From contig OW569365.1 of NCBI GenBank assembly GCA_937625935.1, positions 62,001-126,000 on the forward strand: DNA of 64,000 bases, written 5' to 3'. The notes below the pieces were generated by a model that ran no database searches, was not told the origin of the DNA, and saw only the letters and a list, made by a program, of their open reading frames with translations. This stretch comes from Tetramitus jugosus (taxonomy: Eukaryota; Protista; Heterolobosea). Positions 30,628-43,737 of this stretch are shown here, in pieces (within the stretch, counting starts at the first letter, position 1; every line of letters begins with the position of its first letter). The position numbers and the translations under genes were made by a program.

Positions 30628-31386
30628 ATGAAGGCTTCACTCATTATAGCAGCAGCTTTGTTGCTCTTGTTGGCTCTCGTCACTGTTCAAGCACTTGAAT
30701 TTTCTGACCTTACTGAAGAAGAACGCATGAGCTATGTCGTCTCTGAAGTCGAAGAACAAGAAATTAGCGAAAGCGCACTCTCTCCACAAGCAAGAAACTT
30801 TATGAACCAATATAGAAGCTATGTCAAGAACTTTACTCTAGTCGGAAAGGCGATTGCTGCTGAAGAACAAGAATCATCCTCTGAAGAAGAGATCACTTTG
30901 GCTGTTATTTTGAACGTTGCTTCCAAGGCATGGAAGTTTATTCAAGACAACAAGGCTGTCTACGAAGCAAACAAGTTTTATGGTAATGCTCTCCCAAAGG
31001 GAAAGACTGCCTTTGACTTGGAAAGATGGAAGGACCCAATCTCTGTCACCTACTCTGCTTCATGGAAGAACTTGTTCGGTATGACTGTTGGTAACCTAAA
31101 GTATAGCTTTAGCTTCATCCCTGGTGGAAGAGCTACTGATGCTGCAGGTAACACTGGTTTGTACTTGGACAGAGTTACTATCATTCCTAATGATGTCTTT
31201 GTTGCATGGGGATACAGTGCCAATGCTGAGACTAGCATCTCCTCTGTTACCAATGCCGGAACCACCAAGGCACCAATTGCTGCAGCTACTGTTGACTTGC
31301 GATTCGTGTTTGGTTCATTGAACAAGGAAACTTTGACCCATTCCTTCTACTGCAAGGCTGATGGTTCATGGAAGAAGCTCCATTAA
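30628..31386 (+). CDS. Secreted protein: signal peptide, acidic propeptide, amphipathic helix, beta-rich domain
   Basis: MKASLIIAAALLLLLALVTVQA signal; Glu-rich segment; ITLAVILNVASKAWKFIQDNK; then a Gly/Tyr/Trp-rich strand pattern. Strong GCT/ACT/AAG codon bias by eye. Confidence 0.85.
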   Translation: MKASLIIAAALLLLLALVTVQALEFSDLTEEERMSYVVSEVEEQEISESALSPQARNFMNQYRSYVKNFTLVGKAIAAEEQESSSEEEITLAVILNVASKAWKFIQDNKAVYEANKFYGNALPKGKTAFDLERWKDPISVTYSASWKNLFGMTVGNLKYSFSFIPGGRATDAAGNTGLYLDRVTIIPNDVFVAWGYSANAETSISSVTNAGTTKAPIAAATVDLRFVFGSLNKETLTHSFYCKADGSWKKLH

Positions 31387-31683
31387 ATGTAGTTTTGCGT
31401 GTTCTTTGTCTGTTCTCTCAAGTTCTTTTATTTCTCTGTGTGTGTCCTCAAGTTCTTTTGAATGTTTCTCTCTTGTTCATTGGGTGACACCATAAGTGTT
31501 TGTGATCAAAGAAAACACATGATTGGGGTAAACTTGGGCATGAGTAAATTTCTCCTACTGCGCAAAAAAAGTTTTTACACACAAAAGATCTTCTTCATCC
31601 AACCAAAAAACAACACTGAAAAAAAAAATCAATCACTCCTCACACTACACACATCCACCTCAACAACAAATCACACAAAAAAC

Positions 31684-33097
31684 ATGCAACTTCCTAGTGG
31701 ACCAACACTTTTAACGATAGCTGCTTGTGCTATCTACGCAGGCCTATCCATCAATGAAAACATTGAATACTCAAAGATTAAGAGCTCTGGTGATGTTTTG
31801 TTGAGCACATGCATTCAAAATTTGTCATTGAAGGCAGACCAAAAGGACAGAGAAGCTGCAAGCAAGCACTTGTATGAATACTTGAGAGTGTCTGTTGGAA
31901 AGAGTATGTTGTTGTTGTTGTTTCATTTTTCTAGTGAAGATTTTTCATTGTACTCACACATTCTTCTTGTTTTTTTTTCTGCGAACCAACCAAAACACAC
32001 AAAAAAAAAATGGCGTCCAAATCACAGAACAAGAAGATTTGGACGAAAAATGCGATATTATTAAGGATCATGGTGGATTGAAGCTATTGACTCAAATCAT
32101 TGCCAATCCAAATGAACAATCCGAAACAACATTGGCCAATGTATTGACATCGATTCAATTATTGGTCCGTGGATCCAGTGAACAAAGAAACGCCTTCAAC
32201 AGCTACAAGGGAGTTTATCACTTGTTTCAATTGGCATTGAACAGCAGCGTGGCTGATAAGATTAAACAAGCCGCAATGGTCACACTGAGAACAGCCACTC
32301 GTTTCGATGTAAATAAGCGCGAAGTTGACAGTGATATTCCATTTGGAAGTGAAGGTGCACAGACTGTTGCAAGACAAAACAAGGAACAAGTGGGTCGCTT
32401 GGTCGATATTTTGGACTCATCAGACAATCAAAAAGTGAAGCCAGCCATTGGTGTCATTGCGCACATGTCTCAAACATTGGAGGGCGCAAAATTGTTGAAC
32501 GATTTGGACGCTGTCAACTTGTTGGTGCCTCATTTGCACAGCACAGACCCTGGAATCAAGAAGAATGCATTGATTGCCATTGCCAATGCCGCAAAGCAAA
32601 ACATTGACAAGAGTATTGCCATCTTGGGAGAAGCAGATCAGTACACCAAGATTTTGAACATGCTTCCAAAGAGAGATCCAACAGCAAATCAAAAGGTCAA
32701 GAGATCCGTTGTTGATATACTGTTGTTGGTTGGTTCCTATTTCTTCAGCAAGTCCAATGGTGAAGAAACGGAAGAATTGGCTCAAACTTTGGCCAGCAAT
32801 CAAGACTCTCTCGTCATTATCATCTACTATGGATTGACCACTGGAGATTTCCGTTTGAAGAGAAGTGTGACTCAATTGCAAAAGCTATTGACCAATGTAG
32901 ACTTCTCCTCTCTGTCTGCTCAATTCAAGGACCAAATTGCCTTGTTGGCCGCACGGTTGGAAGCACAAAAGAGACAAGATCAACAGCGACAACAACAACA
33001 AGCCATGGCACAGATGATGATGGGTGGCGGTATGGGAGGCATGGGAGGCCTCTCCGCACAAGAAATGGCTATGATGCAACAAATGTATGGCCAATAA
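31684..33097 (+). CDS. Armadillo-repeat protein with N-terminal hydrophobic segment and Q/GGM tail
   Basis: Exons 31684-31903 and 32028-33097. ARM-like units (GGLKLLTQII, GVYHLFQLA, AVNLLVPHL...KKNALIAIAN). Confidence 0.8.
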
Positions 33098-33261
33098 ACC
33101 AACCACGTTTTCTATCCAAGCAGAACAATTTTCGCCTCCTCTTTGCCGCCAATTTCAGTCGTGGTGCTCGCTACGAAAACAATTCTGAATGTGTTTGAGT
33201 TGGCATCCATCACAGCTATCGTCCAACAATCTTGAGAATCGTCAAAAGCCAGTGGAACAAA

Positions 33262-34634
33262 ATGATGATGAACTATTCGAATAACAGCAAGTTGAACAAA
33301 CATCCAGATATTGAGACATTCTCTCAATTCGATTTCGAAGAGATGAACATTGAGATTGATCGTCTCCTCATGGACAATGACTTTATGGAAACAGAGCTTC
33401 ATGTCATGGAGAGCTATGGGAATCATCTGAACCGGTATTCCTCCAAATCTGAGAAGCCCAGTTCTGCTAAGCACGCGATCGCACTCCATAATAGCGCCAA
33501 TAACAACAGTGTCATTAATTCTAGCTCTCTAGATGCATCCAACATGAATACCAGCAATGTAAATGGCTCTGTTATCAACAATAGTACAGTAGTGGATAAT
33601 ACGGATTCAATGTCGGATCATAGTGATGGTGCCAGCAGTGTCTCTACTTCTATGCCCTCTCAATTGTCAAAGAAGAAATTTATGAACAAGAGGAGGCAAA
33701 AGGAACAAATGGTTATTCTACCCATGGAGAATAAGATTGATATTGTACATAAGGAGATTGAAGACATGAGAATTCAGATTGATGTCGAGAACAAGTACTA
33801 CGAACGAAAGATTGAGAAAATGAGAGCAGAGTTCTTGGAGGCTGATTTAGAAATTGAGGAGATTGACAAAGAGAATGGCGAGTTTAGGAGAGATATTTTA
33901 CTAGGTGCAAGGAATGAGAGAGACGACAGCATCATTGCCGAAAAGCTTATCAAGTATTTTGAGGATGGCTTAAAACAGAAGGATACAATGTTGGACAAAC
34001 TTCGATTGAAGAATGACTCATTAAAAGTTGCAATTCGGAAAGCGAGGTCTCAACTTGAACAGAGAGAAGATATGGGCGAAGTGTTGAGTAAGATTGACTT
34101 TGATCAAATGAAGATTGAGAATGAACAATTGGGAGTTCGAATAGAAGAAAGAAATAATGAATTGCTTCGGTTGAAACTGACCACGGGCAAAACAATGAGT
34201 CAACTTACTTCGCTTCAGGTATGTTTGTCCATAGGCAATACAATACTCTCGATCAAACATGTCCTAACACAAATTTATTTCCTCACCCTCAGCGAAAATT
34301 GAACAATTGTGTTTCTCATAAACAATGGCTCAAGAAACAAATAGATGCCAGGGAGAAGGATCTACAAGATTTGAAGGACAGCATCGAAGATGCCCTCAAG
34401 GAGAAAGAAAACGAAGAGAAGAAAAACTCTCGGGTGAAGAAACAGCATGAGCAAGTAGATGTTCCACAAATAATAGACTACGTTCACTTGAAGAAGGAGC
34501 TTGATCGGGTCAGACATGAGGTTGTATCATGGGAAAGAAAGGTCGAGATTGGTTCAACGAACGAAAAGATTGCACGAAAGAAATACCACACGATTGAGAA
34601 GGAACTGGATGGAACTACAAGAGATATTGTCTAG
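33262..34634 (+). CDS. CCDC113: Coiled-coil flagellar protein CCDC113/CFAP263 (DUF4201)
   Basis: Exons 33262-34218 and 34293-34634. EKLIKYFED, IDFDQMKIEN...IEERNNELLRLK, VPQIIDYV, WERKVEI. Confidence 0.8.
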
Positions 34635-34852
34635 TGTGAAGTACTTCTTACCAACAAATCTTGGTAATACAATGATATGGATCAAAGTGTGGTTGTATGC
34701 TAGCAGTCGAAGTGACGTTCTCAGCTCTCTGTGACGTGGCTTCAATTTTGCTGATCTTACAACAAATATTTTCCCCGCTTACAATCGCGAAATTAATTTC
34801 GTTTTTCGAAAAACAAACTCACAAAACACACAACAAGCACAGCATCACCAAA

Positions 34853-35154
34853 ATGGATATTATCGAAGACAACATTATTGACCCAGCAAGCAAGTTTTAC
34901 ACTTCCTCCAAGTCTTTGATCGACAGATGTAAGAAGCCAAATGCAAAGGGTAAGTTTTTGATCTGTTCTTTTGAGCCGTCACTCTCAATTTGTGACCGAG
35001 CAGTCAGAATGTGAAGCTAACACTCACACACACTTTAGAATTCTCAAAAATCGCTTTTGCTACAACTGTTGGTTTCTTGATCATGGGATTCATTGGCTTC
35101 TTTGTTAAGCTCATCCACATTCCAATTAACAACATTATTGTTGGTGGAAACTAA
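34853..35154 (+). CDS. SEC61G: Protein transport protein Sec61 subunit gamma
   Basis: Exons 34853-34949 and 35039-35154 give [14 protein letters not shown]...[25 protein letters not shown]. Confidence 0.96.
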
Positions 35155-35400
35155 AGTGATTACCTCTGTGACTGAGACATGCTATGTCGCAAATTCATTG
35201 AACTTTGCAAATTGTAGATTTTATGACCAGATTGTGTGAGGGGATGTGATGATACAGACAACAGAAACGCCATCTGCCACAGCACAACCCAACACAGCAC
35301 CCAAACAAACCTCCCAACATTTTTTGTACAACAACCAAATAAAAAAACGAATAGAAAAGATAAAATGCACAAGTGTGATCTGTTGTTTTTGCCATCCGTT

Positions 35401-37566
35401 TTAATCAAGTGAAATAACCTCGGCATCAGAGGAAGGCTTTTGTTTCTTTGCTGGTTCGTTTTGATCTTCGTCTTCCGTTGCGGCACGTTTCCTCTTTCTG
35501 GCAGAAGTAGTTGTTGCTTTCGTTGGTTGTTCAGGTTCCTTTCCATAGTCGTCCAGCATGATCATATCATCCAAAATGTCGTCATTGTCCTCTCCGTCTT
35601 GCACTGGTTTTTCCAATGCAGCAGATTCAGATGGAGCAGTGGTTGGTGCTGCCTCTGTCTTACCAATAATCTTAAATTCGTCAATGTCCAACTGTGCGTT
35701 GTGTACGATTGTAATCTTCCAGTTCACATCTTGCAGGAAATCTTCGACGGAAACACTGGTTTGATCCAGAATTTTGAGCTGTGTCAACGATTTTGGTAAT
35801 TTGGCTTGGAATGCCTGTATTTCGTCCTCTTCCAGTCCCTCACCAGACTCGTACACAATATCATATCCAATGGTAATGGTTGGCTCCAGTAGTGCAAGTC
35901 TCTTTTGCAAAATCTCCTTCACAAAATAGTCGAGAGTCGTTGCGTCGACATTGCACTCCAATGAGAGGAAATTGGAAGTGCAGACATAGCAATTAGGGTT
36001 CGGTGGTCGTTGTGGAACAGACATCACATAACAGTCCTTTCTATTCTTCTTTGCTGTTGTTCTTCTTAGTTCAATTTCAACGCACTGAGACACGTGATTC
36101 ACAGATGTGCCATTATTGTCAGCGTTTCGGTTTTCAAACATGCTTCGGAAAACTTTGATGCCTTCAGTGACGAGGAATCCGGCAATCACAGCGTTTGTTG
36201 TTGCAATGGCAGGAACAATGTTGCCGGCAATTGCCTTGACATCGAACCTCGATTTGAGAGCAATGTGGAAGTTGAATGCTCTTAGATTGGCTGCTGAAGC
36301 AACAAAATCCAACGCCAAGTCATCGTCCTTATCAAACGATAGTTCACATCCGAGTTTCTCTCTCAATTGTCTCAACTGTTTCGTCACAGACAGGAACAAT
36401 TGCAAATTTTCGTTCAGAGTCAAAATCTTTTGATCCTTGAGCATCGAACTGCTGTCACTTTGATGATGATGGTGATGAGTGTGTAGTGATCCCTCCGTTC
36501 CTCCAATGCCATTGCCATTTGTTGTTGATGAAGAGGATGATGACAATGATGCGGCATCCTTATGATCCGTTACTGTACTATCACCATGTTTCTCAATAAA
36601 CAACGCATCGATTGGCTCTGGCGGTCTTCCCGTATTCCAAACTTCCTTATTCTTCATCACAGTCAACTCCTTGATATCATTAGAGTACACCTTGGCAAAA
36701 ACTGATTGTGCAAACTCATCTACATTGGACAACTGCTTCAGACTCTCAAAATCAGAAACGGCATTCGAATCATCCACCTTTCCAAACAATCGTTCAAACA
36801 ACAGTTTTGCCCAGACGATACAGTGAACAGGTGTGGATGGATTGGATCGAATGGTGCACACGGCAAATGTCTTTTGAGTTGGTTTCTGATAACACTCGTA
36901 GCACTCACTGAATCCCTTTTGATAGCTCTTGACTTGACCCAAATAACCTGCTGTTCCACCGTCTAGCATGACCACATTGGCAGCAAGACACATTCGATTC
37001 ACATGTCTTCTGGCATCTACAAATCAACAATCACAATTTTTTCAAAATACAATAAATATCAAGGAACATTTTGTTACAAAAAAATTAGTTTACAAAAAAT
37101 CACCTAAACAGCAATTGCTGAACACAAAAAAACAACAAACAACAAACAATAGTAGTAGTCACTTACCCACATTGTCCAATGCATTCATGACGATACTAAA
37201 ATTTTTGAACCATTGAGGTCCAAACTGAGCATTCTTAATATTACCATGATGAGCATTGATTTTACAGTTTGGATTGAATTTGAGAGCAGCATTCTTGGCC
37301 ATGAGAGACTTTGCTTCACCAACGTGTTCTTGTCTGAACAGGAATTGACGATTCAGGTTACTGACATCGATCGTATCCAAATCAATAATATCAATATTCT
37401 CAAATCCAGTGAGCACAAGGTTCTTTAGCAGTTCACAACCAATGCCTCCTGCACCAACGACTAACACTCTACTTTGTCTCATGAACTCAAAGAGATCGTT
37501 ACCATAGATGAGTCTCATACTGGTATATCGATCATTTGTTCCAGTGTCGTTACTGCTTTCAACCAT
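35401..37566 (-). CDS. UBA2: SUMO-activating enzyme subunit 2
   Basis: Exons 37566-37167 and 37016-35401. VVGAGGIGCELLK, SNLNRQFLF, ALDNV-DARRHVN, catalytic VCTIRSNPS, AGNIVPAIATTNA, C-terminal NLS and SIM-like VISLD. Confidence 0.95.
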
Positions 37567-37766
37567 TGTTGTTTTGATTTCTTCTTATTCCAGTAGTTGT
37601 TTGCTTTTTTTTTCGCAGCGTGAAAATTGTTTTTGGCGGCGAACAAAAAATTTTTTAAGCGGAGATTTTTAGTTGATCGGCAGAGGAAGAACACAATTAC
37701 TGAACTGACCATAGTCAAGGATCAAACAAAAGACACAAAATCGATAAGATAATAATAAGAGTAAAC

Positions 37767-38615
37767 ATGGGCAAAAAATCAGGAAGGTACGATCACGTGT
37801 TCAAAATATTGTTGATTGGTGATTCAGGTGTTGGTAAAAGCAGCATCATTATGAGCTATACGGACAATACGTTCTCAGAGGAAGTTCCCAGTACGATTGG
37901 TGTCGATTTCAAGGTTACTTACTTGAATGATATTGATGGGAAAACTGTTAAATTAACCATTTGGGATACTGTATGTTGTTATTGTTCGTTTGTTTGTTTG
38001 TTTGTTTGGCGATCATTGTAGGCGCAATAGCAGTAGTAGCTAGCCTGCTCTCGTGTGGTTGTTGTAATTGTATTTTGTTGTTTTATCATCTGAATGATGA
38101 GAGCTCATTTCTTTTATTTTGTTTTGAATGAATGAACGAACGAATTGAATATATTATGTTGAACATATTGATTGACAAAGGCTGGACAAGAGAGGTTCAG
38201 AACACTGACTTCATCATACTATCGATCTGCGCAAGGAGTCATCCTAGTGTACGACGTGTCCAGTCGTCAAAGCTTTGAAAATATTAAAAATTGGTTGAAG
38301 GAAGTCAACCTGTATTCCACGATTGCCGATTGCAAGAAGATTCTCGTGGGCAACAAGATTGATTTGGAACAGGAGAGAAAGGTATCGACTCAAATGGGAC
38401 AACAATTTGCATCCGACAATCAAATGCTATTTATTGAAGTATCGGCCAAAACGAGGCAGTTCATTGACCAAGCATTCCAGGAGTTGACTCTCCAGATTCT
38501 GGGTGACGAGATGCTATTGCAAGATACTGCTCCTGTCACTGTAGATGCACCCCTCGACGTTGATGATTTGGAACAGGAGGAAGAGGAAGAAAGCAGTGGA
38601 TGTTGTGGGTTTTAA
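37767..38615 (+). CDS. RAB18: Rab GTPase, Rab18-like
   Basis: Exons 37767-37970 and 38181-38615. [43 protein letters not shown]-terminal CCGF. Confidence 0.88.
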
Positions 38616-38903
38616 ATTTGTCGCGAGATTTCCACCACCAGATAGATGGGAACAGATGTCTTTGATCATTCCCGGTCATCCAATTCCCCACATGAGTCCA
38701 TTATGATTGTAAATATAGATTTGTTTTTCCTGTTTGTTTCCTTGTTTTTTTCCTCACATACATCCGAAGGTCCGTGAGAGCTCATTTTTAGAAGTTGAGG
38801 GGTCATGCATAAAAGACCGTCACAATTTCCGAGATATCAACAAAACGGATAACAAGCAACAACACCAATACCAACACCCAACCCCATCATACCTAACATC
38901 AAT

Positions 38904-39221
38904 ATGTCACCAATGAATTTTGAAATTAAAATCAAGCTATACCTCGGCACTGAGATCCGAGTGTACACTGTACCTGCCAACACTACACTTACCAAGTTCC
39001 TGTCCATTCTGGAGGACAAGGAGAAGTCTGCCGGGTTTGAATTTGATCAAAACTCGTCTATCCGATATGAAATTCGAGATCCCTATGGATCGACCAAGAC
39101 CACTACACTGACAACAGACGAAGAATGGAGACGTTTGAAGACAGAATACTTCATGAGGCCCAACATAGCCACGATAAGAATGTTTGTGGATCCATTGAAA
39201 CCTTCAACCAATTCCTCGTAG
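38904..39221 (+). CDS. Small PB1-domain-like protein
   Basis: IKIKLYLGTEIRVY (conserved Lys/Arg), IRY..D..G...TLTTDEEW (OPCA-like), IRMFV. Confidence 0.6.
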   Translation: MSPMNFEIKIKLYLGTEIRVYTVPANTTLTKFLSILEDKEKSAGFEFDQNSSIRYEIRDPYGSTKTTTLTTDEEWRRLKTEYFMRPNIATIRMFVDPLKPSTNSS

Positions 39222-39492
39222 GCTAGCGATGATCCCGACTCACTCTGCTCATTCCCTCGAACCAAATTATCCACATCAATCATAGTTTTTTTAATTTATT
39301 GAAGTATGAGTCCTACATCATGAAACTTACTCTTACTAAAATATCCTGTACATATCCCACCAGCAAAACTGTAAATCCAACAGATTAAATTCTCCGCATT
39401 TTTGTTCATTCAACTCGTGCACACTTTCTTTTTTCTCTGATTCCGCTCCGAAAGACCAACAAAACAAACTAACCCTTCAACTGTACACAAAG

Positions 39493-42426
39493 ATGAGTCA
39501 CCGAGATCGAAACTACAATGATCGTCGTAGTCGCTCCCATTCCTCTTCCACTCAAAAATCATCATCAGCAGAAGCACCAGTTGCCAAAATTCTCTCTTCA
39601 AAACCATCATCATCATCATTATCATCAAAATCAGCATCAGCATCATCCGATCATAATGACAGAGAACGTGAACTAGTCAAACAATTGGATCAACGAATCA
39701 GACAACGCGACGAACAACGAACCAAAAAACGAAGAAGAAGCGGAGAATTCGACGGCAACTCCGACACTACGAAAAAATTCAGAGAAACACAACAACAACA
39801 TCGAAATGACAAAAAAAATGATCGCAACGATCACACGAGTAGTCATCAAGTAATTGACGACGACGACAAGGAAATGTTTGATCGACTAAGAAAAGTTTCT
39901 CGCTTAGATTACTTGTCTCGTCGTGAAAAGGACAAACTCGAAGAATTGGAGCATCGATTGCGTCAAGACGAACGAGATTTTAGAGATGAGCAGTTGACGG
40001 AACGTGAGAGAGCTCAGAGACAAACTCAGCGTAACATTCTGCAGCATGCAAAAGAGAGGACTGATGCGACAAGAGTGGAGCATTATGTGATGCCTGATGC
40101 GTACTATGAGCAGGATGAACGACAGAAGAATCTAACGTTGAGTGAACGAAGGTTTGAAGCGTTGACGAAACGGTATCAAGAGTATGATAGAGGATCAACG
40201 TCATCGTCGTCAAGCAAGGTCATTCATGAGAATCAAGAATGGGAGAATCATCAAATTGGAAAAGCAGTCATCAAGTACGGATCGAGAGATCGGCAGTTGG
40301 AAGAATCATCTGCAGCAAAACAACACGAGTATGTCATGGAAGATGAAATTGAGTTTATTGCGCAAGAGATTCTAGAAGGTCGCAGAGAAATGCCAAAAGA
40401 ATTGCTCGAGGACTCTGAATTGACCGAGGCAGAACGAAAGAAACAAGAAAAGGAAAAAGAGTTGGAAACCATGGATCAAGTGCGTAAATCACTGCCCATC
40501 TATCCCTACAGAGAACAGTTGTTGCAAGCGATTCACGATCATCAAGTGTTGATTATCGTAGGCGAAACGGGATCTGGAAAAACAACTCAGCTCACACAGT
40601 ATTTGCATGAATCGGGATACACGAAAAATGGAAAGAAGATTGCGTGCACACAACCGAGAAGAGTGGCTGCCATGAGTGTCGCCGCGCGTGTCGCACAGGA
40701 GATGGATGTGAAGCTGGGACATGAAGTCGGTTACAATATTCGTTTTGAAGACTGTACCAGTGAGAAAACAGTGATAAAGTACATGACTGATGGTATGATG
40801 CTCAAGGAATTCTTGAACGAACCAGATTTGTCAACGTATAGTGTCATTATTGTAGATGAGGCGCATGAGAGATCTTTGCACACAGATATTCTATTGGGTC
40901 TCGTGAAGGATATTGCAAGATTCCGATCTGATGTCAAGTTGTTGATTTCTAGTGCCACGATGGATGCTGCCAAGTTTTCAGAGTACTTTGATGGTGCGCC
41001 TATCTTCTCAGTGCCCGGTCGAAGGTACAATGTCGATATTTTGTACACGAAGGCTCCAGAGAATAATTACTTGGAAGCGGCTGTGGTTACCACACTTCAG
41101 ATTCATTTGACGCAACCAACGGGAGACATTCTAGTTTTTCTAACAGGTCAGGAAGAAATTGAATCGGCGGATGATATGCTCAAAGAGAGAATGAAGGGAA
41201 TGCCAAGTTCGGTGTCCGAGTTGATTGTCGTTCCCATTTACTCCACTCTTCCATCTAGTATGCAGTCCAGGATTTTTGAGAAGACTCCTAAGGGTTGTAG
41301 AAAGGTAGTGCTAGCCACAAATATCGCAGAAACTTCATTGACGATTGATGGTATTGTGTACGTGATTGATTGTGGTTTCTCAAAGATTAACAACTATAAT
41401 CCAAGAAGAGGAATGGAGTCACTGATTGTCACTCCAATATCCAGGGCGAATGCGAATCAAAGAGCAGGCAGAGCAGGTAGAGTACAACCTGGAAAGTGCT
41501 TTAGACTGTATACGGCATGGTCTTTCCATAATGAAATGGAGTTGAGTCCAATTCCTGAAATTCAGCGAACCAATTTGGCGAATGTTGTATTGATGCTCAA
41601 GAGCTTAGGAATCAATGATCTGATTCACTTTGACTTTATGGATCCTCCTCCGGTAGAAACATTGATTTCTGCTCTGGAGCAACTCTATGCTCTAGGTGCC
41701 TTGAATGACAAGGGTGAGTTAACAATGCTAGGCAGACGGATGGCAGAATTTCCACTTGATCCACAAATGTCCAAAATGCTGATTGCATCAGAAAAGTATG
41801 GATGCTCAGAGGAGATTGTCTCTATTTGTGCAATGCTATCTGTCAATAATTCAATCTTCTACCGACCAAAGGACAAGGCCATCCATGCAGATAATGCCCG
41901 CAAAAATTTCTTCCGACCAGGTGGTGACCACATAACATTATTGAATGTGTACAATGAATGGATGGCAGAGGACAGTGACTCACTCAAAGAAGCTTGGTGC
42001 AGACAAAACTTTATTCAATCTCGCTCCATGAAACGTGCCAGACAAGTTCGAGATCAATTAGTTTCATTGATGGAGAGGGTAGAGATAGAATTGACATCAA
42101 ACCTGCACGATATCGTTACCATACGAAAGGCTATCAGCTCTGGATTCTTCTATCATGTTGCTAGTCTTCAAAGAAGTGGTAATTACAAGACATATCATAA
42201 GCCTCAAACTGTGTACATTCACCCCAGCTCTTCTCTTTATGAGAGTGCGCCAAAGTGGGTATTGTATCACGAATTAGTATTCACTAGCAAGGAGTATATG
42301 AGGCAAGTGATTGAAATTGATCCTCAGTGGCTTCCAGATATCGCTCCGCACTTGTACGAAGAGAAGGACATACAAGAGCTCGCTAAAAAGATGCCAAAGA
42401 AAGTGGGAAAAGCCAGAGGTCAATAA
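39493..42426 (+). CDS. DHX16: Pre-mRNA splicing DEAH-box helicase DHX16/Prp2
   Basis: [29 protein letters not shown]2 and OB-fold C-terminus; N-terminal SR..YL..RE and EWE..QI..A motifs typical of DHX16. Confidence 0.93.
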   Translation: MSHRDRNYNDRRSRSHSSSTQKSSSAEAPVAKILSSKPSSSSLSSKSASASSDHNDRERELVKQLDQRIRQRDEQRTKKRRRSGEFDGNSDTTKKFRETQQQHRNDKKNDRNDHTSSHQVIDDDDKEMFDRLRKVSRLDYLSRREKDKLEELEHRLRQDERDFRDEQLTERERAQRQTQRNILQHAKERTDATRVEHYVMPDAYYEQDERQKNLTLSERRFEALTKRYQEYDRGSTSSSSSKVIHENQEWENHQIGKAVIKYGSRDRQLEESSAAKQHEYVMEDEIEFIAQEILEGRREMPKELLEDSELTEAERKKQEKEKELETMDQVRKSLPIYPYREQLLQAIHDHQVLIIVGETGSGKTTQLTQYLHESGYTKNGKKIACTQPRRVAAMSVAARVAQEMDVKLGHEVGYNIRFEDCTSEKTVIKYMTDGMMLKEFLNEPDLSTYSVIIVDEAHERSLHTDILLGLVKDIARFRSDVKLLISSATMDAAKFSEYFDGAPIFSVPGRRYNVDILYTKAPENNYLEAAVVTTLQIHLTQPTGDILVFLTGQEEIESADDMLKERMKGMPSSVSELIVVPIYSTLPSSMQSRIFEKTPKGCRKVVLATNIAETSLTIDGIVYVIDCGFSKINNYNPRRGMESLIVTPISRANANQRAGRAGRVQPGKCFRLYTAWSFHNEMELSPIPEIQRTNLANVVLMLKSLGINDLIHFDFMDPPPVETLISALEQLYALGALNDKGELTMLGRRMAEFPLDPQMSKMLIASEKYGCSEEIVSICAMLSVNNSIFYRPKDKAIHADNARKNFFRPGGDHITLLNVYNEWMAEDSDSLKEAWCRQNFIQSRSMKRARQVRDQLVSLMERVEIELTSNLHDIVTIRKAISSGFFYHVASLQRSGNYKTYHKPQTVYIHPSSSLYESAPKWVLYHELVFTSKEYMRQVIEIDPQWLPDIAPHLYEEKDIQELAKKMPKKVGKARGQ

Positions 42427-42480
42427 ATCGATCATACTGCAACAGAACTTAAGCGAAGTAGGATCACCGTAGAACAAAAC

Positions 42481-43737
42481 TCATTCGACAATAATGTCCA
42501 AATCGATGAGCTTATGATCTTTCATGATCATCCAAAGTTTGTTTTGTAAGTTTGTATGTTGGAGGGCATAATAACAGATATGTGAGTGGAACGCCCCAGT
42601 TGCTGCCGCTACTGCCATCGTTGGGTGGATCCTTGGAAGTTTTTCGAATATCGTTCTATTTTCTAAGTCTCCAAGCCCTAGTCCACCACTACTGTTGCAT
42701 CCTGTGACATAAATGTCGCCATTGGAGAGAATGACAAAGGTACTAGTTGAAGAACATCCTGTAACTACTTCCAATATTGGATACTCGAATTGTGTGAATA
42801 CAACATTCCCATGTGCCTCTGCTTGCTCTGGACATTTGTCAATTGATCCTAACTGGCCATGCATGATCATATTTGAGACCATATCATCTCCATACAAGCT
42901 TCCATACAACTTTCCATCCTCGCCAATACACATAATATAATTGTAACCACAAACAACATCTCGAACCTTCCTTGGAAATGGTATCTCCATAAAATGATTG
43001 ATCGTTTCTTCTAATTGAACATGTTGATCGTTTAATCCATAAAGAAGGCCATTTTCGAGCAGTATCACCGAATGGTAACCACCACAAGACACTTTCTTTA
43101 TCTTCTGTCCATCTACCGATAATGGCAAATCCAATTTTGAAAACACATCTCGGAATCTGGAATCACAGGCATAGAGTTTGTTATCACTGGTCAATACATG
43201 AACAAAATTTCCCCCACACGACACTTGAACAACAGGAAATCCATCAAACATTGATTGGTCAACAGGAGAGCGCAATGTATCATTGTCATGTTCATTGTAA
43301 TTCGGTCCACAACAAAACAATCGTCCATCCCCAGAGAGAAAACAACTGAAGTCGAACCCAACAGAGATATCGACAATATTCTGATGCCTGAGTGTTTGAA
43401 ATTCAAACAACTGACTGTTCTGAGAAAGACGGCTTATTTGTCCAATACCAAACACTTGCCCGTTGCGTAACAAAAACAGTGAAAAGCTGCCTCCACATCG
43501 AACCTTGACAACCTGGTAATCAGTGTTTTGACAAGAGCCAAACATGGAAATGGAGTTCAATCGAGCTTCTTCTATGTTTGCCTTTTGTTGTTGTTCTCCA
43601 TCACAGGAACAAGAATCAATTTTGACTCTCAATGGAGTCCATGATGATTTTGCTGCTTCTTCAACGGCTCCCCATTGACTACTCTCTGAGCCGCCAGCGA
43701 TATGGACCGTGTACTGAACTAATTCTTGTTGCGCCAT
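42481..43737 (-). CDS. RCC1-repeat beta-propeller protein
   Basis: Repeated V.CGG.(F/H)S..L...G..Y..G blades; GQLG and GGLGLGD. Confidence 0.85.
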   Translation of the reverse strand: MAQQELVQYTVHIAGGSESSQWGAVEEAAKSSWTPLRVKIDSCSCDGEQQQKANIEEARLNSISMFGSCQNTDYQVVKVRCGGSFSLFLLRNGQVFGIGQISRLSQNSQLFEFQTLRHQNIVDISVGFDFSCFLSGDGRLFCCGPNYNEHDNDTLRSPVDQSMFDGFPVVQVSCGGNFVHVLTSDNKLYACDSRFRDVFSKLDLPLSVDGQKIKKVSCGGYHSVILLENGLLYGLNDQHVQLEETINHFMEIPFPRKVRDVVCGYNYIMCIGEDGKLYGSLYGDDMVSNMIMHGQLGSIDKCPEQAEAHGNVVFTQFEYPILEVVTGCSSTSTFVILSNGDIYVTGCNSSGGLGLGDLENRTIFEKLPRIHPTMAVAAATGAFHSHICYYALQHTNLQNKLWMIMKDHKLIDLDIIVE

